DNA of 64,000 nt, from the NCBI GenBank assembly GCA_963716305.1, contig CAVQTB010000004.1, forward strand, positions 10,919 to 74,918. Reading direction: 5' to 3'. The position numbers and the translations under genes are program-made. The DNA is from an uncultured Actinomycetes bacterium (GTDB taxonomy: Bacteria > Actinomycetota > Thermoleophilia > Gaiellales > Gaiellaceae). Under the pieces are notes generated by a model. The model had not been told where the DNA came from. It saw nothing but the letters and a program-made list of their open reading frames with translations, and made no database searches. This document shows positions 20,166 to 29,396 of this stretch, in pieces (position 1 is the first letter of the stretch; each line of letters opens with the position of its first letter).

Positions 20166-20963
20166 ATGTCGAGAAGCGTGCGCCTCGGGTTCGTGCTGGG
20201 CAGTCTCGTGCTCTTCGTCGCAACCCTCGCCCTCCGCCTCGCGAGCGACGAGTCGTCCGCGGCGGTGTCCTCGACGCTGCACGGGACCGTCGGCCCCGGC
20301 TACACGATCTCGCTCACCTACGACGACGGCACCAACGTCGCCGATCCGCCGCCCGGGACGTACCGCGTGCTCGTCAACGATCTGTCGGAGGAGCACAACT
20401 TCCATCTCTTCGGCCCGGGGGTCGACCAGCTGACCTCGATCGAGACGATCGGGTCTTCCACCTGGACCGTCACCTTCCGGAACAACGCCACGTTCTACTT
20501 CCAGTGCGACCCGCACGCCGACTCGATGGTTGGCACGTTCGACGTCGGCACGCCGGTCGACACCGGCCCCTCGGGAGGCGGTGGCGGTGGCGGTGCAAGC
20601 GGCGGCGGAGGGAGTGGCGGGAGCGGCGGCAAGGCCGGCGGCGGCAGCGCTTCCTCGCCGAAGACGGCGGGACAGGTGCTCGGGACGATCCTCGGTCGCG
20701 TCGATGCCCGCGGCAACCTCGTCCTCACACTCAAGGGCAAGCCGGTGCAGACGCTCCGCGCGGGGATCTACAAGATCGTCGTCTCCGACTCGGCGAAGCG
20801 GGACGACTTCACCCTCCGGCGTGTCGGGAGCGCGGCCACGACGCTGACCGGCGTGGCGTACGTCGGCAGCCGCACGATCTCGACCAGCCTCAAGCCGGGA
20901 CGCTGGATGGTCTACTCCTCGCCGCGCGAGGACACGACCGCCGTCTTCTTCCGAGTCACGTAG
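20166..20963 (+). CDS. Exported cupredoxin-like (blue-copper-type) protein with Gly-rich linker
   Basis: 265 aa. Signal anchor, EHNFHLFG...YFQCDPHADSMVG (His, Cys, His, Met ligand spacing), poly-Gly/Ser linker, second beta domain. Confidence 0.65.
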   Translation: MSRSVRLGFVLGSLVLFVATLALRLASDESSAAVSSTLHGTVGPGYTISLTYDDGTNVADPPPGTYRVLVNDLSEEHNFHLFGPGVDQLTSIETIGSSTWTVTFRNNATFYFQCDPHADSMVGTFDVGTPVDTGPSGGGGGGGASGGGGSGGSGGKAGGGSASSPKTAGQVLGTILGRVDARGNLVLTLKGKPVQTLRAGIYKIVVSDSAKRDDFTLRRVGSAATTLTGVAYVGSRTISTSLKPGRWMVYSSPREDTTAVFFRVT

Positions 20964-20984
20964 TCGTCGCGACCGCGGAGAGGC

Positions 20985-21665
20985 TCACGAGACAGCTCGC
21001 CCGCGCAGCGAGCCCGGCGGCAGCCCTAGCGTCTCCTCGATCGGGAAGGTGGACGTCTCCGGATGGAGGTCGAGTGAGCCGCCGTCCCGGCAGGAGGCCG
21101 ACTGGTACTCGGTCGGGAGCCCGGGCTGGAGCGCGAGGACGAACCTCGCCACGGCGGCGCCCTCTGCCGGCGTGCCACCGAGCCGAACGACCGTCCAGGC
21201 GTCGAGCTGGATCGCGTAGCACTGCGTCTGGCCCTCGTCCATGAAGCCGCGCAGGTGCATCGCCTCGTGCGTGAGGGTGTTGATCGCCTCGGCCGTTCCA
21301 CGCGCGCCCTTCGCGCACGGGCCGTAGAAGTCGGTCTCGATCGTCCAGCGATCCCAGTCGACCGAGAGGAGGCACTGGAGCTCTGGGTGCGAGGACGACG
21401 TGCGGAACCGCTTGAGCGCCCGGCAGATCTTGCGGGTCAGGTACGTGTGGTCGGGCGCGCGCCCGTTCGGGAACGGCACGTCCCCGGCGCGTGCCCGGAT
21501 GTCGACGAGCTCCGAGAAGAACCCCTGGCACTCGACGCCGACGCTCCGGCCGGCGAGCTCGCTCGCGACGGCGGCGAGCGCGCGCTCGTTCGAGATGCGG
21601 TCGTAGCGCGACCAGCCCCAGCCGGTAAGCAGCAGGACGAGTGCGACGACGACGAGCTTCAGCAC
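20985..21665 (-). CDS. Membrane-anchored hypothetical protein with HExxH motif
   Basis: 226 aa; N-terminal TM helix, several Cys, and THEAMHLRG (possible zinc-metallopeptidase motif). Confidence 0.5.
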   Translation of the reverse strand: MLKLVVVALVLLLTGWGWSRYDRISNERALAAVASELAGRSVGVECQGFFSELVDIRARAGDVPFPNGRAPDHTYLTRKICRALKRFRTSSSHPELQCLLSVDWDRWTIETDFYGPCAKGARGTAEAINTLTHEAMHLRGFMDEGQTQCYAIQLDAWTVVRLGGTPAEGAAVARFVLALQPGLPTEYQSASCRDGGSLDLHPETSTFPIEETLGLPPGSLRGRAVS

Positions 21666-21715
21666 GCCTCAATGATTCGCCCCCGGCCGGTCGCAGCCTG
21701 CGCCAGACTGCGGCA

Positions 21716-22687
21716 GTGGAGATCGGCACGATCGACTACCACACGGCGGGCGAGCCGTTCCGGATCGTCACTGAGGGCACCCTCGAGATCGCCGGCGGTT
21801 CGGTGCGCGAGCGGCGCGAGCACGCGGCGGCGACCGAGGCTGTCGACAGCGTCCGGCGCCTCCTGTGCCACGAGCCGCGAGGCCACGCCGACATGTACGG
21901 CTGCTTCCTCGTGCCGCCGGACGATGGAGGCGCCGATCTCGGTGTCCTCTTCTGGCACAAGGACGGCTACTCGACCGCGTGCGGCCACGGAACGATCGCG
22001 CTCGGCGTGTGGGCCGTCGAGACGGGCCTCGTCGCGGCCCCGACCGACGGCGAGGTGGACGTGACGATGGACGTCCCGTCGGGGCGCGTCGTCGCCCGTG
22101 TGCGCCGGCGCGCCGGCGAGATCACGTCGGTCGCGTTCCGCAACGTGCCGTCGTTTGCGATCGCGCGCGGCGTTCCGGCAGGCGACGTGACGGTGGACGT
22201 CGCGTACGGCGGTGCGATCTACGCCTCGGTGCCGGCCGAGGCCTTCGGCCTCCGGGTCGTGCCCGACGACCTGCCGGAGTTGATCGCGGCCGGCCGCGTG
22301 GTGAAGCACGCGCTCGACGGCTCGGACGTCGCGCGGCATCCGGACGACGACCGCCTCTCGGGGATCTACGGCACGATCCTCTACGAGGAGCTCGCGCCGC
22401 TCCACCAGCGGAACGTGACGATCTTCGCCGACGGCGAGGTCGACCGGTCGCCCTGCGGCTCGGGGACGTCCGCCCGCTGTGCCCTCCTCGCCGCCGACGG
22501 ACGTCTCGCCGAGGGAGAGGAGCTGCGGCACGACAGCATCGTCGGCACGACGTTCCTCGCGCGCATCGTCGGCCGGGCGCCGGAGGGCGTGCTGACCGAG
22601 ATCGAGGGCACCGCCTTCCGGACCGGCGAGCACCGCTTCGTCCTCGACCCGCGCGATCCCCTCGGGACCGGCTTCGTGCTGCGCTGA
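21716..22687 (+). CDS. Proline racemase / 4-hydroxyproline epimerase family protein
   Basis: In ORF 21641..22687. IDYHTAGEPFRIV, TACGHGT and DRSPCGSGTSA, so both catalytic Cys positions are present. Confidence 0.88.
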   Translation: MEIGTIDYHTAGEPFRIVTEGTLEIAGGSVRERREHAAATEAVDSVRRLLCHEPRGHADMYGCFLVPPDDGGADLGVLFWHKDGYSTACGHGTIALGVWAVETGLVAAPTDGEVDVTMDVPSGRVVARVRRRAGEITSVAFRNVPSFAIARGVPAGDVTVDVAYGGAIYASVPAEAFGLRVVPDDLPELIAAGRVVKHALDGSDVARHPDDDRLSGIYGTILYEELAPLHQRNVTIFADGEVDRSPCGSGTSARCALLAADGRLAEGEELRHDSIVGTTFLARIVGRAPEGVLTEIEGTAFRTGEHRFVLDPRDPLGTGFVLR

Positions 22688-22734
22688 CGTTTGCACCCGG
22701 TGCGACCGGGTGCGAATACGATCTGCCGGCAGCC

Positions 22735-23061
22735 ATGTTCTTCTTCCTCGCGCTCTTCCTCTTCCTGCTCCTGCCTTCCCCCTGGGACGTGATCGGGGGC
22801 GTGACCGCGCTCGTGCTCTTCGCCGGCGAGGTCGTCTTCTGGAACCAGAGAGTCCGCCATCGGAAGCCCGCGACGGGCGCCCAGACGATGATCGGCACGA
22901 GCGGGGTCGTCGTCTCGGACTGCCGACCGCGCGGTCAGATCCGTCTCGACGGCGAGATCTGGGAGGCGCGCTGCAAGGAAGGAGCCGACGCCGGCGACAC
23001 CGTCGTGGTCGTCGGGCTCGAGGGCCTCACGCTGACGGTCGAGCGTACGGCTCCGGGCTGA
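22735..23061 (+). CDS. NfeD-family membrane protein
   Basis: ATG at 22735 in ORF 21865..23061. Two TM helices, then OB-fold-like GQIRLDGEIWEARC...GDTVVVVGLEGLTLTVE. Confidence 0.65.
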   Translation: MFFFLALFLFLLLPSPWDVIGGVTALVLFAGEVVFWNQRVRHRKPATGAQTMIGTSGVVVSDCRPRGQIRLDGEIWEARCKEGADAGDTVVVVGLEGLTLTVERTAPG

Positions 23062-23908
23062 CCTCCGTTCGAGCGCGATCGGCGAGCACCTCGTCGACGA
23101 AGGCGAGCACGGCGGGGTGAGCCGGGTTGATGAGGTGGCCGCCGTCGACCCACACGACTCTCGCCGAGGGCAGTGCCGCGGACATGCGATCGGTGACGTC
23201 GGCAAATGCCGGAGGAGAGTCCCGGCCGGCCACGATCAGCGTCGGCGGGGCCAGAGTTGCGAGCTCCGCCGCGCTGACGTCGAGCGAGCCGCCCCTGTGC
23301 TCGGCGACGATCGCCGGGCCGTTGGCGGTGAAGATCTCCTTCGCCGCCGCCGGCAGGCCCTCCCAGCCGGCGTCGCCGAGGACCTCCCGGAACATCGTCT
23401 CGGCAACGGTGCTCACATCGACGTCCGCAGCAGCGAGCACCTGCCGCGTGAGCTCGGCGTCCCAGCGCAGGAACGCCTCGCTCAGCGAGAAGCCGCCGCC
23501 CTCGAGCAGCGCCAGCGCGTGCACATGATCCGGGTAGCGCAGCGCGAGATCGACCGCGATCTCTCCTCCCTGGCTGCGCCCGATCACGATCGCCGGCGCG
23601 GCGTCGAGAGCCTCGAGCAATGCGGCGGCATCGTCTGCGTGCTGGTGCACGCTCGTGACGAACGGCTCCGGGCGCTCGCTGCGCGAGAACCCGCGGCGGT
23701 CGTAGAGGATCGTGCGGCCGTGCGCCCGGAGCTCGAGGGCTGCGTCGGCCCACATGAGCGCCGAGCTTCCGGTTCCGTGGATGCAGAGGATCGGCTCGCC
23801 GGCCCCGTGCTCGTCGTCGGCAACGTGCTCCTCGTAGTAGAGCGACACTCCGTTCATCGGGATCCTGGGCATGCGGCGAGTGTGCAAGGAGCGGGCCGTG
23901 CCCCGCAT
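23027..23908 (-). CDS. Alpha/beta hydrolase fold protein
   Basis: ILCIHGTGSSALMW...GRSQGGEIAV nucleophile elbow. The start may be the Met at 23872 (MPRIPMNGVSLYYEEH). Confidence 0.8.
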   Translation of the reverse strand: MRGTARSLHTRRMPRIPMNGVSLYYEEHVADDEHGAGEPILCIHGTGSSALMWADAALELRAHGRTILYDRRGFSRSERPEPFVTSVHQHADDAAALLEALDAAPAIVIGRSQGGEIAVDLALRYPDHVHALALLEGGGFSLSEAFLRWDAELTRQVLAAADVDVSTVAETMFREVLGDAGWEGLPAAAKEIFTANGPAIVAEHRGGSLDVSAAELATLAPPTLIVAGRDSPPAFADVTDRMSAALPSARVVWVDGGHLINPAHPAVLAFVDEVLADRARTEVSPEPYARPSA

Positions 23909-23944
23909 CGGGTGAACACCCCATCTTCGAGAGATCGCGGGCAG

Positions 23945-25540
23945 TCAGCCGAGCAGCTCGTGCTCGGCTGCGAACAGCGCCGCGCCGGCGCGAGTGGAGA
24001 GCCCTGTCTTCCCGTAGATGTTCTCGACGTGGCGGCCGACCGTCTTCTCGGAGATCACCAGCTCGGCCGCGATCAGACGGTTGGTCTTCCCTCGAGCGAG
24101 GAGGCGCAGCACCTCGACCTCCCGAACGGACAGCCCGGCCGGCCGCGCATCGGGCACGTGGACCGGACGGTCGCCGGCCGCCTCGAGCACCGCGTTGACC
24201 ATGCGCTGGTCGAGCCGCTTCGCTCCGACCTCGGTGCGAAGCTCGGCCCGCGCGTGCGAGGCGTTGAGCGCCGCGCGGTACGGCCGCTCGTGCGTCATCG
24301 CGTCATGGACGTCGGCGACCGCCAGCAGCCGTGCCTCCCCGGGCAGCGAGGAAGACCCGACGCCACGGTGGTAGCCGGAGCCGTCGAGCCGCTCGTGGTG
24401 CGAGGCCGCGCTGAGCGCCAGGGGGGCGAGCATCGACGTGTGCGCGAGGATCCGCTCCGTGTAGTACGGGTGCAGCCGCACTCGCTCGAGCTCGGCTGAC
24501 GTCAGCGGTCCGGGCTTCTCCCAGATTCCGTTCGGCACCCCGAGGCGGCCGATGTCGTGGACGAGCGCGGCGAGCCGAACGGACGCCGCGTCGACCCGGC
24601 CGAGGGCTTCCGCTGCCCGAGCGCCGAGCCGAGCCACGTTCTGCGAATGGCCGAGGAGGAACGGCGCCTTCAGGTCGGCGAAGTCCGCGAGCGCCCGTGC
24701 GACGGCTGCGAGCTCCTGCGGGCCGAGGACGCGATGGGGCTGCGGCTCCGCCTCGAGCACCCGCGCCCAGGCATCGCCGTCCTCGTCGTGGAGCAACGGG
24801 CGCGCGTCCGAGAGCAACGCGTCGCAGATCTCGGGGTCGTACGCAGCGCCGCGTCGCTTCCTGATCACCTCGAGCGCCGCGGGCGGCCCTTCGAGGCGGG
24901 CGTTGACGACCGCGTCGTGCGCCACGATGACGACACGTTGGGCGCGCGAGAGCCGGTCTGCCGCGAGGCCCCCCGGGGCGCCCTTCCCGTCCCAGCGCTC
25001 GTAGACGTGACCGAGGCCCTCGCGCACGCCCTCGCCAAGGCCGAGCCGGTCGGCCAGGCACGCAGCGCTCTCGCACTGGTACGCAACGAGCCGCTCGAAC
25101 CGTCGCCCGCCGGCGGCGAGCCCGGCGGCGACAAGCCGAATCCTCTGCGCGCGGGGAAGGCCCTCGCCCGCGTGCCGGGCGAACCAGCGCGCGTACTCCG
25201 CAGTGGAGGCATGGGTCATCGCGATCGCGCCGCTCCGGAACGCGAGCTCGTCGCCGCCGTTCCAGGCCGCCATGTCGGACGCGGTCGCCGTGCACCCGAT
25301 GTGCTCGAGCAAGGCGAGGTAGTACACGTCGGAGAGCGTCGTCTCGTCGCAGCCGGTCCGCCGCCCCAGCTCGAGCGCGAGCAAGCAGTAGCGCAGCGCC
25401 TGCTCCAGCGGCTGACCCATCCCCAGGTCGGTCGCCAGGGCGAGGGCAGTGATCAACTCGGCCAGCCGCACCTCCTGCGGCGGTGCGCTCACAGGACGAC
25501 GATAACCGGTCGCCGGATTCGCTTCCCCGGCCGAAGGCAA
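23945..25540 (-). CDS. HD-GYP-type HD domain protein fused to LuxR-family HTH
   Basis: 531 aa. LVHDIGRLGVP...HHERLDGSGYHRG; C-terminal LSVREVEVLRLLARGKTNRLIAAELVISEKTVGRHVENIY. Confidence 0.85.
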   Translation of the reverse strand: MPSAGEANPATGYRRPVSAPPQEVRLAELITALALATDLGMGQPLEQALRYCLLALELGRRTGCDETTLSDVYYLALLEHIGCTATASDMAAWNGGDELAFRSGAIAMTHASTAEYARWFARHAGEGLPRAQRIRLVAAGLAAGGRRFERLVAYQCESAACLADRLGLGEGVREGLGHVYERWDGKGAPGGLAADRLSRAQRVVIVAHDAVVNARLEGPPAALEVIRKRRGAAYDPEICDALLSDARPLLHDEDGDAWARVLEAEPQPHRVLGPQELAAVARALADFADLKAPFLLGHSQNVARLGARAAEALGRVDAASVRLAALVHDIGRLGVPNGIWEKPGPLTSAELERVRLHPYYTERILAHTSMLAPLALSAASHHERLDGSGYHRGVGSSSLPGEARLLAVADVHDAMTHERPYRAALNASHARAELRTEVGAKRLDQRMVNAVLEAAGDRPVHVPDARPAGLSVREVEVLRLLARGKTNRLIAAELVISEKTVGRHVENIYGKTGLSTRAGAALFAAEHELLG

Positions 25541-25608
25541 CCGCGGGTCGCCGGAAACCTTTTCCTCTTACGTAACAGCCTCTTTACGTGTGACGGGTAT
25601 CGAAGCGA

Positions 25609-27417
25609 GTGGAAATGACTGTTCGCTGGCGCACACGAGGCCGGATCGGCGCCGCCGCGCTTCTCGCGTCGCTTGCGTCCCTGTCCGTCCTTGCCGGAAG
25701 CGCGCTCGCCGCGGCGCCGTCCGCGATCACCGGGCCGGTCACCTCGTTCGGGCCGACCACCGCCACCGTCGGCGGAACGGTCAACCCGAACAGCGAGTCG
25801 ACGATGTGGTTCGTCGAGTACGGCAAGACGACGAGCTACGGGACGAACACGTCGTCGGTCAGCGCGGGCTCGGGCAACGCCAACACGAACGTCACCGCAA
25901 CGCTCTCGAACCTCGATCCCGGCACGACCTACCACTACCGCCTCGTAGCGACGAACAACTCCGGCACGACGAGGGGCGCCGACGGAATCGTGACGACGTC
26001 GCCGACGCCGTCCGTCGTCACCGGCGACGCGACGAGCATCACCACCTCGTCCGCGACCCTGACGGGATCGGTGAACCCGAACGGGCGGCCGACCACGTGG
26101 TACTTCGAGTACGGGCGGAACACGAACTACGGCTCGAAGACGGCGACCCAGAACGCCGGCAACGGCACGAGCACCGCGAGCATCTCCGCGCAGATCTCCG
26201 GCCTCCAGCCCGGCGCGACCTACCACTTCCGCCTGGTCGCCACGAGCGACGCGGGCACGAGCCGCGGCTCGGATCGCAGCTTCGTGGCCGTGGGCGCCCC
26301 GACCGTCACGACGAACGCCGCGAGCTCGGTCCAGGCCTCGTCGGCTCGGCTGAACGGCCGCCTGACCCCGAACGGCCAGAGCACGACCTGGTACTTCGAG
26401 TACGGCACGAGCACGAGCTACGGCACGAAGACGCCGACCCGGAACGGCGGCTCGGGCACGAACTCGGCCGCCGTCTCGGAGACGATCACGAACCTTCAGG
26501 CTGGGACGACCTACCACTTCCGCCTCGTCGCGAGCAACAGCTCGGGGACGAGCGTCGGCAACGACCAGGCCTTCTCGACGCCCGGCCCGCCGGCCGTCCA
26601 GACCGGCGGCGCCCAGAGCGTCGGCTCGAGCACGGCGACCTTCACCGGCTCGCTCGACCCGCGGGGCTTCTCGACGAGCTGGTTCTTCGAGTACGGCCCG
26701 ACGACGTCCTACGGGTCGAGAACCGCCACCGTGAACGCGGGCTCGAGCGGCGGGAGCCGCGCGGTCTCGAGCAACGTGGCGGGGCTCGCGCCCGGCACGA
26801 CCTACCACTACCGCCTCGTCGCCTCGAGCAACGTGGGCACGAGCCGGGGCGCGGACGTCGCGTTCACGACGGTGCAGTCCGTGACGCTGGCCCAGTCGAC
26901 GATGCAGTCGACCTACGGCCGCTTCGTGACGCTCTCCGGAACCGTCTCCTCCAAGCAGGCGGGCGTCAGGGTCACGATCCTCGCCCAACCGTTCGGCGAG
27001 GGCTCCCTCGCCAGCGTCGGCACGGCCTTGACCGGCAACGGCGGCGCCTGGACGTTCGCGGCCCGTCCCGCGATCCGCACCGTGTACCAGGCGAGCGCCG
27101 ACGGCGGTACGAGCGGCCAGGCGATCGTCGGCGTCCGCCCGGCGATCTCGCTGCGCCTGATCTCGAAGGGCCGCCTCACCACGAGGGTCGTCGCCGGCAC
27201 CTCGTTCGCCACGAAGATGGTCCAGCTCCAGCGGCTCCAGAACGGCCGCTGGGTGACCGTGAAGAAGGCGCGGCTGAACGCCAAGTCGTCGGCGATCTTC
27301 AAGGGCACTGCGCTCCCGCGCGGACGCTCGACGATCCGGATCGCGATGAGCGTCAACCAGGCCGGGCCTGGCTACCTCGGCGGCTTCAGCCGGACGACCA
27401 CCTACACCCGCAAGTAG
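25609..27417 (+). CDS. Exported protein with four tandem FN3-like repeats and a C-terminal Ig-like region
   Basis: 602 aa. Signal peptide, then four ~96-aa repeats each with W(Y/F)FEYG.T.SYG...L.PGTTYH(Y/F)RLVA.N..G. Confidence 0.8.
   Translation: MEMTVRWRTRGRIGAAALLASLASLSVLAGSALAAAPSAITGPVTSFGPTTATVGGTVNPNSESTMWFVEYGKTTSYGTNTSSVSAGSGNANTNVTATLSNLDPGTTYHYRLVATNNSGTTRGADGIVTTSPTPSVVTGDATSITTSSATLTGSVNPNGRPTTWYFEYGRNTNYGSKTATQNAGNGTSTASISAQISGLQPGATYHFRLVATSDAGTSRGSDRSFVAVGAPTVTTNAASSVQASSARLNGRLTPNGQSTTWYFEYGTSTSYGTKTPTRNGGSGTNSAAVSETITNLQAGTTYHFRLVASNSSGTSVGNDQAFSTPGPPAVQTGGAQSVGSSTATFTGSLDPRGFSTSWFFEYGPTTSYGSRTATVNAGSSGGSRAVSSNVAGLAPGTTYHYRLVASSNVGTSRGADVAFTTVQSVTLAQSTMQSTYGRFVTLSGTVSSKQAGVRVTILAQPFGEGSLASVGTALTGNGGAWTFAARPAIRTVYQASADGGTSGQAIVGVRPAISLRLISKGRLTTRVVAGTSFATKMVQLQRLQNGRWVTVKKARLNAKSSAIFKGTALPRGRSTIRIAMSVNQAGPGYLGGFSRTTTYTRK
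25714..26871 (+). repeat. Four tandem ~290-bp coding repeats
   Basis: Repeat units of 96, 98, 97 and 95 aa, counted from the translation of 25609..27417. Confidence 0.8.
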
Positions 27418-27423
27418 AAGCTC

Positions 27424-28416
27424 TCACGCGGCCGGGCCCTCGGCGATCTCGACGAGGATCTCGGCGCCGCGCTCGCAGGCGTCGCGGTCGACGTCGAGGT
27501 GGGTGACGGCGCGGACGGTCCGCGGGTCGAACGCGAACACGAGCACGCCGCGCTCGGCGGCGCGTGAGACGACTGTCGCCGAATCCGGCGCGCCGTCGGC
27601 CAGCCTGAAGACGAGGATGTTCGTCTCGACCCGATCGGGGTCGATCAGGATCCGCTCCGATCCGGCCAGACGCTCGGCGATCAGCCGCGCGTTCGAGTGA
27701 TCCTCGGCGAGCCGCGCCACGTTGTGCTCGAGCGCGTAGATCCCGGCCGCTGCAAGGATGCCGACCTGCCGCATCGCACCGCCGAGCATTCGCCGGTAGC
27801 GGACGAGCGCGCCGACGTCCGCGGCGCGTCCGGCCAGCACCGATCCGGCCGGCGCGCCGAGCCCCTTCGAAAGGCTGATCGCCACGAGGTCGAACGGCGC
27901 CGCGAGCGCGGCCGGGTCGTCACCGCGGGCGACCGCCGCGTTGAGCAGCCGGGCTCCGTCGAGGTAGGAGGCGATCCCGTGCTCGCGCGCCGCCGCCGCG
28001 ATCCGCTCGAGCTCGGCCGGCGACACGACGACCCCGCCGGCGCGGTTGTGCGTGTCCTCGACCTCGACGAGCGTCGTCGGCGGATAGAGCAGGTGCCCGC
28101 GCGGCTTCAGCGCCGCGAGGAGCTCCTCGGCCGTGAAGACGCCGCCCTCCCCCACGTCGGTGAACTGCACGCCCGAGTTCGCCGCACCCGCGCCCGTCTC
28201 GTGCCAGACGGCGTGGCTCTCGCGGCTGACGACGACGTCGTCGCCCGGCCGCGTGTACAGCTTCAGCGCGAGCTGGTTCGCCATCGTCCCCGACGGGACG
28301 AAGAGCGCCGCCTCCTTGCCGAGCAGCCCGGCGACGAGCTCCTGGAGGCGGTTGACGCTCGGGTCCTCGCCGAACTGGTCGTCGCCGACCGGGGCGTCGG
28401 CCATGGCCCGACGCAT
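27424..28416 (-). CDS. ltaE: Low-specificity L-threonine aldolase (N-terminal block lies outside the ORF frame)
   Basis: 330 aa; [17 protein letters not shown]...SLSKGLGAP. The conserved IDLRSDTVT block is encoded just upstream in frame but has no canonical start. See findings. Confidence 0.85.
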   Translation of the reverse strand: MRRAMADAPVGDDQFGEDPSVNRLQELVAGLLGKEAALFVPSGTMANQLALKLYTRPGDDVVVSRESHAVWHETGAGAANSGVQFTDVGEGGVFTAEELLAALKPRGHLLYPPTTLVEVEDTHNRAGGVVVSPAELERIAAAAREHGIASYLDGARLLNAAVARGDDPAALAAPFDLVAISLSKGLGAPAGSVLAGRAADVGALVRYRRMLGGAMRQVGILAAAGIYALEHNVARLAEDHSNARLIAERLAGSERILIDPDRVETNILVFRLADGAPDSATVVSRAAERGVLVFAFDPRTVRAVTHLDVDRDACERGAEILVEIAEGPAA

Positions 28417-28513
28417 GTCGGCGGAAGGCCGGGTGACGGTGTCCGAGCGGAGGTCGATCGCGTCCGTCGCGCGAGCCTACTCCCATCGCCGCCAACCCGA
28501 TGCTGACGGCAGA

Positions 28514-29323
28514 ATGGCTCAGCACATGATTCCCTGGACGCACGCACACGAGCAGCGACGAGGAGGCCTTGCGCTCGCGATGCTCGCGGTCTGCGTGACC
28601 ACCCTGACTCACCCCTTCGGCGCGGGTGCTGGCGGAGGCCCGGCGCCGACGGGCACCTGGCAGTTGACGAAGCTCCGCGGGGCCACGCCGAACGTTGCCG
28701 GGATCACGGCGACGTTCACCGCGGCCGGCAAGATCTCCGGCTTCTCCGGCTGTAACTCGTACGGCGGCACCTACACGACCTCCGGCAGCAAGATCACGAT
28801 CTCCGACCGGCTCGCGATGACGCAGATGGCCTGTCCCGAGCCGACCATGCGCACCGAAGGCGCCTACATCGACGCGCTCACCTCGGCGAGGAGGTACTCG
28901 GTCGAGTCCGGCACGCTGACCCTGAAGGGTCGGCTCGGGCGAACGCTCGCGAGCTTCGCCGCGCAGTCCAGCTCCCTTGCGGGAACGAGCTGGACCGTCA
29001 CGGGATACAACAACGGCAAGCAGGCCGTCGTGAGCGTGCTCGCTGGCACGAAGCTGACCGCCGTGTTCGCGAAGGACGGACACGTGAGCGGATCCGCTGG
29101 CTGCAACGACTACAGCGGCACCGTCAAGACGACGGCACCGAAGATCACGATCGGGCCGGTCACCTCGACGAAGAAGTTCTGCAGCACGCCCGAGGGCGTG
29201 ATGAGCCAGGAGTCCGCGTACCTCGTCGCGCTCGAGAGCGCGTCCGCCTACCAGCTCCAGGGCACGAAGCTCGAGCTCCGGACGGCAAGCGGCGCGCTCG
29301 CCGTCACGCTCCAGCGCGCCTGA
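28514..29323 (+). CDS. Tandem META-domain (HslJ-like) exported protein
   Basis: In ORF 28133..29323. Two copies of the pattern F..G.ISG.SGCN.Y.GTY...G..I.I. Confidence 0.75.
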   Translation: MAQHMIPWTHAHEQRRGGLALAMLAVCVTTLTHPFGAGAGGGPAPTGTWQLTKLRGATPNVAGITATFTAAGKISGFSGCNSYGGTYTTSGSKITISDRLAMTQMACPEPTMRTEGAYIDALTSARRYSVESGTLTLKGRLGRTLASFAAQSSSLAGTSWTVTGYNNGKQAVVSVLAGTKLTAVFAKDGHVSGSAGCNDYSGTVKTTAPKITIGPVTSTKKFCSTPEGVMSQESAYLVALESASAYQLQGTKLELRTASGALAVTLQRA

Positions 29324-29396
29324 GGTCTCAGCCCGGGCCGTTCAGTCCACGGCGCCGCGGGGCGATCTCGCGATCAGCGTCGGCTGACGCTCGAGC

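Noticed and set aside
20560-20660. GGC/GGT-rich tandem-looking tract. Similar tracts are the Ala/Pro-rich stretch at 9330-9430 and the gagccggc-type repeats at 62220-62400.
   Set aside because: All three lie in frame within coding sequences and encode Gly-rich or Pro/Ala-rich linkers. They are low-complexity coding sequence, not independent repeat elements.
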